A stretch of DNA of 64,000 bases from an uncultured delta proteobacterium. GTDB taxonomy: Bacteria > Desulfobacterota > Binatia > Binatales > Binataceae. The stretch covers positions 910,184 through 974,183 of the forward strand of contig CAWFDW010000001.1 in NCBI GenBank assembly GCA_963814715.1, read 5' to 3'. Both the position numbers and the translations under genes were made by a program. The number at the start of each line of letters is the position of its first letter. Position 1 is the first letter of the stretch. Under the pieces are notes generated by a model. That model made no database searches and was not told the origin of the DNA. It was given only the letters and a program-made list of their open reading frames with translations. Shown in pieces: positions 10,160 to 20,588 of the stretch.

Positions 10160-10423
10160 GTGACCGATCAGGAAGCGAGCCAGGTTGGTACTGCCTCGGC
10201 CACGACTTCCCCCCTCCGTTTAGCGCGCAAAGTTGCGGTGGCAGTGATCGGAACGACCGTTCTCGCGTTCGGCATCGCGCTGATCGTATTGCCCGGCCCC
10301 GCGTTTATCGTCATTCCACTAGGCCTCGCGATTCTGGCGACCGAGTTCCTCTGGGCTCGTCGACTTCTACGCCGCGTGAAACAAGGTGCTGCTGGGGTTT
10401 TCCAGCGGGCGCGCGACAATTGA
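10160..10423 (+). CDS. small PGPGW-motif transmembrane protein
   Basis: GTG at 10160 with GAGG 7 nt upstream. Two TM helices carry LPGPAFIVIPLGLAILATEFLWARR, which matches the PGPGW-family pattern. The upstream part of track ORF 9893-10423 overlaps the DUF1329 gene and is rejected. Confidence 0.6.
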   Translation: MTDQEASQVGTASATTSPLRLARKVAVAVIGTTVLAFGIALIVLPGPAFIVIPLGLAILATEFLWARRLLRRVKQGAAGVFQRARDN

Positions 10424-11169
10424 GTACGACCATCTGACGCTCGCGACTCGCGCCATCAATTCTATTCATTTTCATGCGGAGACTTTACCGCGAAGCTGGC
10501 TGAGCGTCGAATTTTGGTCGTCGTGCCGCTCGAAACCCCGGGCCTGGGTTCCGGTCTACGCAGCTGACTTTTGGCTGGGCCGCATTGGCTCTCATTTCCC
10601 GTGTCCGCCGGCGCTGCCGCATCTCGAAGTACCGCGACAAGTGCGGCGTTATCCGAAGAAAGTTGTGCATCGCAGATTTCGCCCAACAGATCTGTAGAAT
10701 TGGTCATCGGATTGTGTGAGTCCATTTGTCCACCTCAATGCAATATTGGCCCTTCCGATCAGAAGCTTCAGTTCAGGCGATTTTCGCAAGCAATGTGCCT
10801 GGCAAAAGTCTCGAAAGGTCTCATTGCCGAGCCGGTTGAGCGTGGTGAATCGCCGCAGTAAGCGTGGCATTTCGCCACGGCCGGCTGGCTCCAACGATTC
10901 AATCCTGACGAGTCCTATTGAGCGATGGCGTTGGCATGGCTCTGGCTCCGCAAAGTCAGGTAGCGCGCAGGCAAGGTGCGCACGATTGCCGGGTCCCCAA
11001 ACGCACGCGTCGTTCTCCCCCCGCCGCGGAGCAGGAGGGTACCCGGTGATCGTCTTTGCCCTTCGTCCCCGATTATAATGCCATCATGAAGATTGGCACC
11101 CGCCAAAACGTTGTTGGCCGGCTACAGCTGCATGCTTTATTGTGACTCTGCCGCTGATGACAGACCGAG

Positions 11170-12570
11170 ATGACATCCGTTCGAAATGCGATGACTAGTG
11201 AACTGAGAAAGGCGACGGTCCTGGTGGTGGATGATGACCGTGAGATGGTCAGCATGCTGCGCGACCTGCTGGAAGCGACTGGCTATCGCGCTGAAACGGC
11301 GTACTCGGGTACCGAGGCCCTCGCGATGGTGGAACGCGAAGAACCCGACCTGATGATCTCAGACTTGCGGATGGGTGGAATGAACGGCGATAAGTTGCAG
11401 ACGCAGGTGAAACGAATCGCGCCGAGCCTTCCGGTCGTTATCATTACTGCGTTTGGTTCAATTGCGACCGCCGTCAAGTCCATGCGGCTGGGTGCTTTTG
11501 ACTATGTCACCAAGCCGTTCAGCAACGACGAGTTGCTGCTGGTAGTAGCGCGGGCACTGGAGGATCGCGAACTCCGCCGAGAAGTGCTCAGGTTACGCAG
11601 CGAGTTGGCCCACCGATTTGGATTGGACCAAATCATCGCGCGAAATCCCAGGATGCTTGCTCAATTCGAGGTGTTGCGGCAGGTGGCTGACACCTCGGCC
11701 AACGTGCTGATCACTGGTGAAAGTGGGGTTGGCAAGGATCTCTTTGCTCGCGCGCTCCACTATCACAGTCGGGTACAAGGTGGTCCGTTCGTCGCGGTCA
11801 ACTGTGCGGCGATCCCGGAGAACCTGATTGAGAGTGAATTGTTCGGCCACGTCAAAGGAGCGTTCACAGACGCTCGACAAAACAAGACCGGCCTTTTCCA
11901 GGCGGCGCACCGAGGGACCCTGTTCCTCGACGAGATCGGCGAGTTGCCGCTTGCTCTACAACCGAAGCTACTGCGCGTTATCGAGGACAAGCGCGTGCGT
12001 CCGATCGGTGAGACCGAAGAGACTCCGGTGGAGGTCCGAATCGTCGCCGCCACCAACACCTCGCTTGACGACGCAATCGCCGCCGCGAGGTTCCGCGCCG
12101 ACTTATACTATCGAATAGCCACAGTAACGATTACGATTCCGCCTTTGCGCGAACGAACTGAAGACATTCCGTTGCTGATCAAGCATTTCCTCGCGCGCAC
12201 CAGTAGCGAGTCTGGACGGCGGATTCCCGCAATCTCAGACGAAGCTATGGAGCGTCTGCTCCGTTACCCATGGCCGGGGAACATTCGGGAACTACAAAAC
12301 GCGATTCAGAGATCTGTAATCCTATGCCATGACGATCATATCCAAATCACCGACTTGCCGCCCAAGGTTGCAGGTGAGTATCGACCCTCGGTGAATCTCG
12401 AATTCGCCGTGGCTCGAGGTATGACTCTTGAGGAGCTGGAGCAGGAGTACATACACACGATCATGGCATCGGTGGGGGGAAACAAAACCGAAGCAGCCAC
12501 CCTGCTCGGCATCGATCGCAAGACGCTTTATCGGAAACTCGGACCTACAGATCCGACTGAGAACGGTTGA
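11170..12570 (+). CDS. sigma-54-dependent response regulator (NtrC family: REC + AAA+ + Fis-type HTH)
   Basis: REC domain (VLVVDDD...[14 protein letters not shown]...KPF), Walker [15 protein letters not shown] loop, ESELFGH, and a C-terminal [24 protein letters not shown]. Confidence 0.92.
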   Translation: MTSVRNAMTSELRKATVLVVDDDREMVSMLRDLLEATGYRAETAYSGTEALAMVEREEPDLMISDLRMGGMNGDKLQTQVKRIAPSLPVVIITAFGSIATAVKSMRLGAFDYVTKPFSNDELLLVVARALEDRELRREVLRLRSELAHRFGLDQIIARNPRMLAQFEVLRQVADTSANVLITGESGVGKDLFARALHYHSRVQGGPFVAVNCAAIPENLIESELFGHVKGAFTDARQNKTGLFQAAHRGTLFLDEIGELPLALQPKLLRVIEDKRVRPIGETEETPVEVRIVAATNTSLDDAIAAARFRADLYYRIATVTITIPPLRERTEDIPLLIKHFLARTSSESGRRIPAISDEAMERLLRYPWPGNIRELQNAIQRSVILCHDDHIQITDLPPKVAGEYRPSVNLEFAVARGMTLEELEQEYIHTIMASVGGNKTEAATLLGIDRKTLYRKLGPTDPTENG

Positions 12571-12714
12571 TATTCGACATCTCCCCAGGTCACGATCGCG
12601 CCGGACACCACACATTCCAGTTAGGCGGGGCGAAATGCCTCAGCAGCTGTAGCCTTCTGCGCTGCGCCCATTCGACTTCCTGAACTCCGGCTCGAAATCA
12701 GGCGATCTTTTTCA

Positions 12715-12731
12715 TTGGCACCATCTCTGCT
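12715..12731 (+). promoter_or_regulatory. sigma-54 (-24/-12) promoter-like element
   Basis: tTGGCACcatctcTGCTt has GG at 12717-12718 and GC at 12729-12730, the canonical spacing. It lies about 215 nt upstream of the Crp/Fnr-family gene, directly downstream of the NtrC-type gene. Confidence 0.4.
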
Positions 12732-12944
12732 TCAGGGTCCTCCTGTCCGCTAATTCGACCGGGAGGATCATGCGCTCGCTTTCCACAAGGTTCATTTTGG
12801 AGAACAGCTATCCGTGAACTCCACTGGACTTTTGACTCGGTGAATGGATCGCGCTGTTACGCCAGAGCGCGCTGTCACGAAGATCCCAAAGCACTTCCCA
12901 GGTTCATTGTCCGAATCCAACGCAAAGGAAGGAGCTGACAAAAA

Positions 12945-13727
12945 ATGAAGACGAACGTAATCCGTCAACGTGAAGAAGTATTTACAATCCTTCGAGCAAG
13001 TCTGAGCTATTTGAATCTGCCCATGGACTTGGTCGAAGAACTGATTGAGCGTCACATTGCGGTCGCCTTCGAGAAGGGGGCGTTGGCGTTCTGCGAGGGC
13101 AATATCGATGGTATGCTCGCCTGCATCTTGAGTGGGTACGTAAACGTGTATTGTCCGGTTGGCGATGGGAATCGCACCTTGGTACGAATGGCTGGGCCGG
13201 GAGAGATCATCGGCTATCCTGACTATATCGACGAAAAGGGCCGTCATGCGCGCCTGTTCGAAGCCCAGGCTGCGAGCAAATGCACCTTGGCTCTTTTCAG
13301 CTGCGAACATGTGACGCGGCTGCTAGCTGGTCTTCCGCCGGATGCTTTGATCTCGATCCTCATGGCCCTGAACACTTTCTGGTCCGAGAACCTCCGCTTC
13401 TTTACGATCCTGCTTAACCTTCCTTTCTGGGACCGCCTTACAATGGTGTTGAGCGATTTGGCGAAGCGGGTTGGGGCGAGAGACTCGGAGGGGATAATCC
13501 TGATTCCGGAAATCGGCCACGAGGATCTAGCCGAGATGATCGGTTGCTCGCGGCCATTGGTGGGCCAACTGATAGCCGAAATGGTTGAATCAAGGCTGCT
13601 TACTCGGCGAGGACGGCAATATGTTCTGCTCAACAACTGGGACTCTAACCAGAGGAATCGCAACCCCCGGAAGGCGATTCGGCGGTTGCAAGCCGTCCCT
13701 CCGAGAAGATTCTCCACTTCGCGGTAG
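12945..13727 (+). CDS. Crp/Fnr family transcriptional regulator
   Basis: cNMP-binding-like beta-roll (GPGEIIGYPDYID) and a C-terminal HTH HEDLAEMIGCSRPLVGQLIAEMVESRLL. Confidence 0.8.
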   Translation: MKTNVIRQREEVFTILRASLSYLNLPMDLVEELIERHIAVAFEKGALAFCEGNIDGMLACILSGYVNVYCPVGDGNRTLVRMAGPGEIIGYPDYIDEKGRHARLFEAQAASKCTLALFSCEHVTRLLAGLPPDALISILMALNTFWSENLRFFTILLNLPFWDRLTMVLSDLAKRVGARDSEGIILIPEIGHEDLAEMIGCSRPLVGQLIAEMVESRLLTRRGRQYVLLNNWDSNQRNRNPRKAIRRLQAVPPRRFSTSR

Positions 13728-14035
13728 GCTCTCCTAAACGCAGAGTCGACTCATCGGTGTCCCCCTCCGAGCGCACTGCACGTGGCCCCACGCTAACGCG
13801 TCGCGCTTGCAAAATGATCAGGCGCCGCTCCGCGGACCTGACGCTCGAACGCGTCGAGCCCTTCGGCCATCACGTCGATTTCGCTGTTCTTCTTCTGCAA
13901 CGCGACGAGCTGCAGTTGTATAGCTGCGATCTGAGCATCGTTCTTCTGCGAGCCGGCGCGCTAGCCGCTGATTCGCGCGGGCACAGGCTGATGAAGCTGC
14001 GCCCGGTGACCTTCGAAACAGACTGCCTTCTGCCT

Positions 14036-14674
14036 TCATTTGAGCGACGCCAAAAACCCCTGATCAGCCATCGCATTGCTGACCACTTTATCAACCGCTC
14101 GCGACAACACCTCGCCAATTCTCGTTTCATATCCTGCTTCGGAATGCATCCCAATGTAGCCTTTGATGTCGCTCTGATACGTTTGCGAATAAGAGCCTTT
14201 ACCCGAGCGGTAGACCTCAATCGCGATCACCAGGTTTATTTGCGCCGGCGCCATTATCGCGTCGAAACTGCTCAGCGTGGCGGTCTGCAAAGTAACTTGT
14301 ACGATCGCTGAATTGAAACCAGCGGCGGATGCGTTGCCAGGCTCGGGAGCGCTCTCCGCCGAGAATCCCTTCTGTATTAGCGCGGCTCTGAGCGAATCGT
14401 GCAGATAGTCCGTTAGGTCCGATCCGGCTGTCACTGAAGCTAGCCCGATGTGTCCCAGTTCGGCGCTGCTTCGAGCGTCCTGCACAGTGGCGATACCTAC
14501 TTTGGGCGCTCCGGCCACCGCGCCTTGTTGTGGAACAGGAGGAAACTGAAGGCGGCTGAACGACGCACATCCGCCGGCTAACAGCGCAAGCAGTAAGATG
14601 AACAACCTCAAGTGAATGCGGCGGTTGACCAGCAGCGGTTGAGGATGTAGGGACCGATTGTGGAATTTGATCAT
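14036..14674 (-). CDS. lipoprotein, YajG-like
   Basis: Lipobox LLAGGC after a hydrophobic stretch. Overall layout resembles E. coli YajG (LRAALIQKGF..., VQVTLQTATL..., C-terminal SRAVDKVVSNAMAD). The start is uncertain; the track gives 14782. Confidence 0.55.
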   Translation of the reverse strand: MIKFHNRSLHPQPLLVNRRIHLRLFILLLALLAGGCASFSRLQFPPVPQQGAVAGAPKVGIATVQDARSSAELGHIGLASVTAGSDLTDYLHDSLRAALIQKGFSAESAPEPGNASAAGFNSAIVQVTLQTATLSSFDAIMAPAQINLVIAIEVYRSGKGSYSQTYQSDIKGYIGMHSEAGYETRIGEVLSRAVDKVVSNAMADQGFLASLK

Positions 14675-14846
14675 CACGATCTTTCCGATCATTTGGGAAC
14701 GAAAGCGTGGAGATTGATACATTTTCACCCTATTAGGCATTTTCGTCGAATTGTGCGGACCCTTCAATGCGACTGGCTCCAAATTTCCTTGAAAGTCTGA
14801 ACAGAATCACGGCTAATAGACTTACTGTTCGCCTGCTGACGAAGTT

Positions 14847-15851
14847 ATGAGCCCGTCGATAGACATTCATGCTCACGCGATCGTTCCCGAAGCAGAGGCA
14901 ATCGCACGCAAGGATCCAGCATGCTCTCGCGCGAACGAGGAGACGGCGCGAGCGACAGGGGCGGCGTCTACTGAGCGGAATCGTATACTGATGACAACCG
15001 TCTATCGTCAGAAATTTGCCGACGTCGAAGTGCGGCTGCGCGCGATGGACGCGATGCGAATAGATATCCAGGCAGTCAGCCCCGCGCCGCTCTATCACTA
15101 TTGGGCCGATCGCGAACTCGCGAGCAAAATCGTGACAAGCACGAATGAGGGGATCGCCGCGTTATGTGCACGGCAGCCGAATCGTCTTGTGGGCCTTGCT
15201 ATGCTCTCGATGCAGCATCCTCAGCTCGCTGTCGTGCAACTCGATCACGCGATACAGACGCTGAAGCTCAAAGGTGCGATCATCTCGACTCACGTGAACG
15301 AGCTCGAACTGGCGCATCCCCAATACGATCCCCTCTGGAGCAGAGCGGAGGAGCTGGGCGCAGTGATGTTTATGCATCCGGCCGGATGCACGCTCGGCGA
15401 GCGGACCTCGCCCTTCTACCTCTCCAATCTGATTGGCAATCCCGCTGACACGACGATCGCGCTGTCTCATCTCGTTTTCGGCGGCGTCTTCGATCGTTTC
15501 CCGCGCCTGAAATTGTGCGCGGCTCACGGCGGCGGTTATTTTCCATTCTACGTGAGCCGCTTCGATCACGGGTGGCGCGTCCGCCCCGAGTCGCACACGT
15601 GCAAGAAACTCCCAAGCGATTACTTGAGGGGAATCTACTTCGACTCGCTCGTCTATTCGCCCGACCAACTCGAATTTCTGGTGCGCCGCGCCGGCGCCGG
15701 CCAAATCGCCATAGGCACCGACTATCCATTCGACATGGGAGTCGAAGATCCGATTGAGCGCCTCGAGGCAGCAACCGGACTCTCCGGCGAAGATCGCGCC
15801 GCCATCCGCGGCGACAATGCGGCCCGCCTGCTGAAGATTGGTTCGAATTGA
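14847..15851 (+). CDS. amidohydrolase-2 family enzyme (ACMSD-like decarboxylase/hydratase)
   Basis: N-terminal metal motif IDIHAHAIVPE, later MFMHPA and AHGGG...D, with the length typical of Amidohydro_2. Confidence 0.85.
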   Translation: MSPSIDIHAHAIVPEAEAIARKDPACSRANEETARATGAASTERNRILMTTVYRQKFADVEVRLRAMDAMRIDIQAVSPAPLYHYWADRELASKIVTSTNEGIAALCARQPNRLVGLAMLSMQHPQLAVVQLDHAIQTLKLKGAIISTHVNELELAHPQYDPLWSRAEELGAVMFMHPAGCTLGERTSPFYLSNLIGNPADTTIALSHLVFGGVFDRFPRLKLCAAHGGGYFPFYVSRFDHGWRVRPESHTCKKLPSDYLRGIYFDSLVYSPDQLEFLVRRAGAGQIAIGTDYPFDMGVEDPIERLEAATGLSGEDRAAIRGDNAARLLKIGSN

Positions 15852-15921
15852 TTCCCGTGTAGTCTAGCCAGATTGAGTACGACCCATCATCTGATCGTCA
15901 AGTGTCCTAACTTCAATTCCA

Positions 15922-16734
15922 CTACAGGTTCCGGCCGCCGGCTGCATCAGTGAAACCTCTAATGCCGATACCGCCTTCGCAGAGGATTACCCCTCCAGTC
16001 GCGGTGGAAGAATTCTCGGCCGACGCCAGCAGGACATACGATCCGGTGTAGTCGCGCGGCTCGGGCAGCTTGCCGAGCGGAATTCCGCGTTCGACCGCCG
16101 CTTTAAGCGGCACTGAGGCGATCGATTGTTCTCCCATGTCGAGCGAGCGCGGGCCGCGCAAGTCGGTTGGGATCGCGCCGGGCGCCACTCCGTTGACTCG
16201 AATCTTGGGCGCCAGCTCGTAGGCCAGCTGGCGAATCAACCCAACCACGGCGTGCTTCGAAGCCGTATATAGAGGACCGCCTCCGCATGGGTAAAAGCCT
16301 GCGTTCGAGACCGTGAAGATGATATTGCCATTGGTCTTTGCAAGTTCGCGGTAGGCAGCCTTCGCGCCGAGCAGATAGCCCTTAACGTTCACGCCGAACA
16401 GTTCATCGAAAGCGTTGCCGATTCGATCGTCGGGCAATGCTGCAAGCGAAATCGAGAAGTCCCAGATTCCGGCGTTGCCCACGAAGCAGTCGAGTTGCCC
16501 GAACTTCGCGACTGTCTCCGCAACCGCTCGCTGATTGTCGCCAAGGTCCGTGACGTCGCCGACGATCGCCGCGACGCGATCGCCGACCTGCTTCGCCAGG
16601 TCCTCGGTGCGCTCGCGCGCTCGATCCAGGATCGCGACTCGTGCGCCCTCGTCGACAAATCGCTCGACGATTGCCCGCCCAAGCCCCGATGCGCCGCCGG
16701 TAACGAGCGCCACTTTGTTTTCCAGCCAGCCCAT
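15922..16734 (-). CDS. short-chain dehydrogenase, cis-dihydrodiol dehydrogenase (BphB/HcaB)-like
   Basis: VALVTGGASGLGRAIVERF (TGxxxGxG), NAGI, and YTASKHAV (YxxxK). It sits immediately downstream of the Rieske oxygenase alpha/beta genes. Confidence 0.88.
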   Translation of the reverse strand: MGWLENKVALVTGGASGLGRAIVERFVDEGARVAILDRARERTEDLAKQVGDRVAAIVGDVTDLGDNQRAVAETVAKFGQLDCFVGNAGIWDFSISLAALPDDRIGNAFDELFGVNVKGYLLGAKAAYRELAKTNGNIIFTVSNAGFYPCGGGPLYTASKHAVVGLIRQLAYELAPKIRVNGVAPGAIPTDLRGPRSLDMGEQSIASVPLKAAVERGIPLGKLPEPRDYTGSYVLLASAENSSTATGGVILCEGGIGIRGFTDAAGGRNL

Positions 16735-16735
16735 T

Positions 16736-17281
16736 TCAGAAAAAGTTACTCAGGTTGCGCGACAGCAATACCGTTTGCTCGAGAAAAATCTTGCGATCTG
16801 CGATCTGGAACGATCCTTCGACTCGTCGCAGCAGGTCTCGCCGCGATCCGATCCACGAGCTCTCCTCCGAGTTAAGCCGGGTGCGGTAAACGTGGAAGTT
16901 CGACTCGACTTCGAGCTCGCGGCCGCTGTCGCGAATCACTCTCACATTGGTGATCAGATGACGCGTGCGCGAGGGTGGATCTTCCGCCCATGAGCGCCCC
17001 GAATTGAGCTTCGCCACCCTTCCGGCGAGCTGAGTCTTATCATCATGGAAGAAGGCCATCTCACCAGGCTGCGTAAATTCCTTGTTCAGCTCGCGTTGCA
17101 TGCGAGTGCGGCGGATCGGCATGAAGTAATGCGCGTCATCGCTGAACAGTGCGAGCCACTCCTCGTATCGATGTGCGTCGAGCAACGCTGCCTCGTCGTA
17201 GTAGAACCGCTCGACCTCGTACTGGCAAACCATCGCCGCTATTCGGTCGTCGTTGGGACGCAAGCCTGAGTCAGCGGACAT
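16736..17281 (-). CDS. aromatic ring-hydroxylating oxygenase beta subunit
   Basis: VERFYYDEAALLDAHRYEEWLALFSDDAHYFMP is the typical ring_hydroxyl_B N-terminus. About 180 aa, directly after the alpha subunit. Confidence 0.88.
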   Translation of the reverse strand: MSADSGLRPNDDRIAAMVCQYEVERFYYDEAALLDAHRYEEWLALFSDDAHYFMPIRRTRMQRELNKEFTQPGEMAFFHDDKTQLAGRVAKLNSGRSWAEDPPSRTRHLITNVRVIRDSGRELEVESNFHVYRTRLNSEESSWIGSRRDLLRRVEGSFQIADRKIFLEQTVLLSRNLSNFF

Positions 17282-17293
17282 CTATATGGCTCG

Positions 17294-18658
17294 CTAGATA
17301 TAATCGCCGGGCGTTGTCGCCTTGAGCAGATCGTCCCAGTCGAGGCCCTTCATCCATTGGGCCCACGAATGATACGTCCACAACTGGCCATGCTCGCTGG
17401 TGAGACCCTCGACGCGCGCCAAACCGCCTTCCTTGATAATCTTACCCCGGCCCAGACCCATGGTGAGCTGATGTTTCATCCGCCTGCTTGCGACGCCGCG
17501 CGTCTGTGCCGTGGCCTGCGACCAGTTCTCGCCGTCGTCTTGTTCGAGCACGCCAGCCGGGCCGAAAACGCGGCATGCGGTGCGGACGATGAAATCGCGT
17601 GTCTCGCGCGGCAGGTTGCGATCGATCAAGGTGAACCACCAGATCTCGGTCTGGGCAGGGCTGCGCGGTATTCTTAGCGATAGCTGTCCGGTCACCGAGG
17701 TCACCCACGCGGTCGGAAAGATGTTAGGGTGTCCGGCGACTTCCACTCCGACCGGGCCCAAGGCGGCCCGTGCTTGCGGCGTAGCGCGCCAGCCTTTGTC
17801 GAAGTCGGGATTGCCCAAAGAAGACGCCGTGGGTCCGCCGATCGCGTGCCCATATTCACCGAGCACAACCACCTGGTCGAACTTTGTGCCGATGATGCCG
17901 ATGCCGGGCATATCAAGCGCGCCGCCGCTGTCCATGTTCACGTCGCTCATGTCGATCTTCTCACTCGTCGTGCGGCCCGGATCGATCCCGAGCACACCGG
18001 GCATGAATGCCGACGCGTGAGTGACCTGCGGATGATACCAATCGAATAGGTTGTCGACTGCGATTTTCCAGTTGCAATCGATGATGAACTTCTGGATGCC
18101 GGGGACCACGACCATATCGCCCCGCGCCGCAATCATATCGAGGCCGAGCCGCCCGGTAGCACCGAGAAACTGTTCCAAGGGCGGTGCGGAAATGTCGTGC
18201 GTACCGAATACGAATCCCTTGTAGGTTGCCACTTGGGCCACTTGTGCCAGCCCGTGTTTCGATTTGTCGAGCTGCCCGTTGTAGAAGGTCTTGAATCCCG
18301 GCACGCCGAGAAGTTGTCCGTCGATGCCGTAGGACCACCCGTGGTAGGTGCACAGGAAGCTCCTGGCGTTGCCCTCCTCCGCGCGACAGACGGCATTACC
18401 GCGATGCGCGCAGGTGTTGAGCATGGCTTTGACCGTTCGATCCTTCTGCCGCACTACCAGCACGTTGTCGCGGCCCATGACTGATTGGAAAAAATCACCG
18501 GGCTCGGGAATCTGTGATTCGTGGCAGAGGAACAACCACGAACGGGCAAAGATCCGCTCCATCTCGAGTTCGAAGATCGCAGGATCACTGTAGATACGGC
18601 GATCAATTTCGCCCCGCTCGAGCGAAACCATCTCGTCTATCTCAATGGTCTGCGACAT
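17294..18658 (-). CDS. Rieske [2Fe-2S] aromatic ring-hydroxylating oxygenase alpha subunit
   Basis: Rieske motif CAHRG...CTYHGW. Start set at MSQTIEIDE (18658). The track's 117-aa upstream extension to 19009 overlaps the divergent LLM gene. Confidence 0.9.
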   Translation of the reverse strand: MSQTIEIDEMVSLERGEIDRRIYSDPAIFELEMERIFARSWLFLCHESQIPEPGDFFQSVMGRDNVLVVRQKDRTVKAMLNTCAHRGNAVCRAEEGNARSFLCTYHGWSYGIDGQLLGVPGFKTFYNGQLDKSKHGLAQVAQVATYKGFVFGTHDISAPPLEQFLGATGRLGLDMIAARGDMVVVPGIQKFIIDCNWKIAVDNLFDWYHPQVTHASAFMPGVLGIDPGRTTSEKIDMSDVNMDSGGALDMPGIGIIGTKFDQVVVLGEYGHAIGGPTASSLGNPDFDKGWRATPQARAALGPVGVEVAGHPNIFPTAWVTSVTGQLSLRIPRSPAQTEIWWFTLIDRNLPRETRDFIVRTACRVFGPAGVLEQDDGENWSQATAQTRGVASRRMKHQLTMGLGRGKIIKEGGLARVEGLTSEHGQLWTYHSWAQWMKGLDWDDLLKATTPGDYI

Positions 18659-18946
18659 CCTGCAGAACCTTCCTCTTAACGAGCGTGCCGCGACGAAGAA
18701 TCCGCCGCGAGTCCGGAACGGATCGATAACATAAATTTGAATTACACTGGTAGCGGAAGGATCCGACGCCGTCGATGAAGCGCTTCCATTGATCTGCGTC
18801 GATTGTCCCTGGGCGTCTGCTGGTCTAGCCTCGTCGCAACGGAGTTCCACGCATGGAAGAAATCTTCGCCGGCTCGCCGGCGTCTTGGCGGCGGATATTG
18901 TTTCGTAAGCCTCGCTTGAAAAAATGGTCAGCTTGAAGAGGATGGC

Positions 18947-20008
18947 ATGAAAGTCAGCATCGGCATTGGCGGCGCCGCGTCGGGTCGCAAGCGCGACTTC
19001 GACGAGCAAGTCGACTACGTCGTCGAAGCGGAAAAGCTCGGAGTGGATGCGGTCTGGTCCGCCGAGGCGTGGGGGCAGGACGCAATTTCGCCGCTCGCCT
19101 ATCTCGCCGCGCGCACCAGCCGGATCAAGCTCGGCACCGGCATCATGCAGATAAGTGCGCGCGTGCCGGCGATGATCGCGATGACAGCGCTGACGATGGC
19201 TTCAATCAGCAACGATCGCTTCATCCTGGGGCTCGGTGCGAGCGGTCCGCAGGTCGTCGAAGGGCTGCAGGGCCGTCCGTTCAAGGCGCCGCTTACCCGG
19301 ATGAAAGAAACGGTGGAAATCATCAAACTGGCGTTTGCCGGCGAAAAGATCGAATACCACGGCAAGTATCACGAACTGCCTCTGCCGGGCGGACAGGGCA
19401 AGGCGCTCCGGTTGTCACAACCTGGCAATGCCAACATTCCGATTTATCTCGCCACGCTCGGACCCCGCGCGTTGGAATACACCGGTGCCGCGGCCGATGG
19501 TTGGCTCGGCACGTCGTTTACGCCGGAGCATGCCGCTGCGCATCTCGACTATCTGCGCCGGGGCGCAGAAGGCGCCGGTCGCAGTTTGGCCGACATCGAC
19601 ATTCAGGTCGGCGGAACAGTTGCGTTCGGCGACGATCTCGATGCGCTCGTGGAGCCTTTGAAGCCTGCGATGGCATTTACACTCGGTGCGATGGGTTCGG
19701 CGACGACGAATTTCTACAACGATGCATTCAAACGAGGCGGTTGGGAGGCGGTGGCGCTCGAGGTGCAGCGTCTCTGGATTGCCGGGAAGCGTCCCGAAGC
19801 GATCGCCAAGGTGCCGCCCGAAATGGTGCTCCAGGCGAATCTGTTGGGCGACACCGCGATGGTGCGCAACCGCATCCGGACCTTCAGGGATGCGGGAGTC
19901 ACGACGCTACGCGTCAATCCCCAAGGGCGCGACCTCGCGGAGAAACTCGCAACGCTCGGACGTGTGATGGACCTGGTGCGCGAGTCAGTGTCAGCGCCGC
20001 CGGTTTGA
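18947..20008 (+). CDS. luciferase-like monooxygenase (LLM) class F420/FMN-dependent oxidoreductase
   Basis: EAEKLGVDAVWSAEAWGQDAISPLAYLAARTSRIKLGTGIMQI and RFILGLGASGPQVVEG are typical LLM TIM-barrel motifs. Confidence 0.85.
   Translation: MKVSIGIGGAASGRKRDFDEQVDYVVEAEKLGVDAVWSAEAWGQDAISPLAYLAARTSRIKLGTGIMQISARVPAMIAMTALTMASISNDRFILGLGASGPQVVEGLQGRPFKAPLTRMKETVEIIKLAFAGEKIEYHGKYHELPLPGGQGKALRLSQPGNANIPIYLATLGPRALEYTGAAADGWLGTSFTPEHAAAHLDYLRRGAEGAGRSLADIDIQVGGTVAFGDDLDALVEPLKPAMAFTLGAMGSATTNFYNDAFKRGGWEAVALEVQRLWIAGKRPEAIAKVPPEMVLQANLLGDTAMVRNRIRTFRDAGVTTLRVNPQGRDLAEKLATLGRVMDLVRESVSAPPV
19692..19721 (+). repeat. 30-nt segment with an exact second copy at 27064-27093
   Basis: tgggttcggcgacgacgaatttctacaacg, read off both loci. 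Here it encodes GSATTNFYN inside the LLM gene. Confidence 0.9.
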
Positions 20009-20491
20009 GGCTTCGGTCTTATGCAAATAGCTCGTGAACCCATCGCCTGGCGGCGCGATCGAGTTTTGCATCATGATCAAACTGATTTGCCCGCGGTGGT
20101 ATTCGCCGTGAACCGTCACATGCATCAACATCTCTTCGCGTGACATGCGGCCCGCCAAGCCATCGGTAAACGTAAAGTCGATGCAGTCGGCCAACTGGGT
20201 TTCATCCAGACGCGATACATAGTCGATGTACCACTGATCGCTGGTCTTGATCGCCGCGGACAGTTCTTCCAGCGATGGCGCCTGGCCTGGGTTGGGCGAG
20301 GTGTATCCGTGCTCAGCGCACCGCAAGTTCGCTTCGAAGATCCGGTCGACAGCATAAGTGTGGTTGAGGACTCTGATGGCGATCTCCTTTGCCGGAGAGG
20401 CATCGTCAAATTGTCGCATCGCCGCGAGAATCTCTTCGTTGGCCTTTGCCTTGTAGCTGAATACCCGTTCAAACGTGCTGACTCGATCCAT
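19991..20491 (-). CDS. DinB-family metal-dependent four-helix-bundle protein
   Basis: Start set at MDRVSTFERV. The C-terminal HVTVHGEYHRGQI is the DinB-type His motif. Its 3' end overlaps the convergent LLM gene by 18 nt. Confidence 0.75.
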   Translation of the reverse strand: MDRVSTFERVFSYKAKANEEILAAMRQFDDASPAKEIAIRVLNHTYAVDRIFEANLRCAEHGYTSPNPGQAPSLEELSAAIKTSDQWYIDYVSRLDETQLADCIDFTFTDGLAGRMSREEMLMHVTVHGEYHRGQISLIMMQNSIAPPGDGFTSYLHKTEASNRRR

Positions 20492-20588
20492 CTTCTTTCT
20501 CCTAATCCAGGCAATAGTGACGTTTTCGCTATGGACAGAATATAAGCGATAGCTCATAATTGTAAACTCGCATTCCTGGCGGACGCAC

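Noticed and set aside
10462-10894. Overlapping 61-87-aa minus-strand ORFs in the 750-bp gap between PGPGW and the NtrC-type gene
   Set aside because: Three mutually overlapping frames, none with a motif or a convincing start. Possibly a decayed gene, but unsupported.
13757-14311. 184-aa plus-strand ORF and 13818-14220 minus-strand ORFs
   Set aside because: They overlap the YajG-like lipoprotein gene or lie in its 3' flank. The translations are Arg-rich with no motifs.
17294-19009. Full-length 571-aa version of the Rieske alpha ORF
   Set aside because: The first 117 aa are unlike any oxygenase and overlap the divergent LLM gene start. The canonical N-terminus begins at the ATG at 18658.
19069-20037. 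322-aa ORF in an alternative plus-strand frame over the LLM gene
   Set aside because: The translation is extremely Arg-rich, whereas the LLM frame has clear family motifs.
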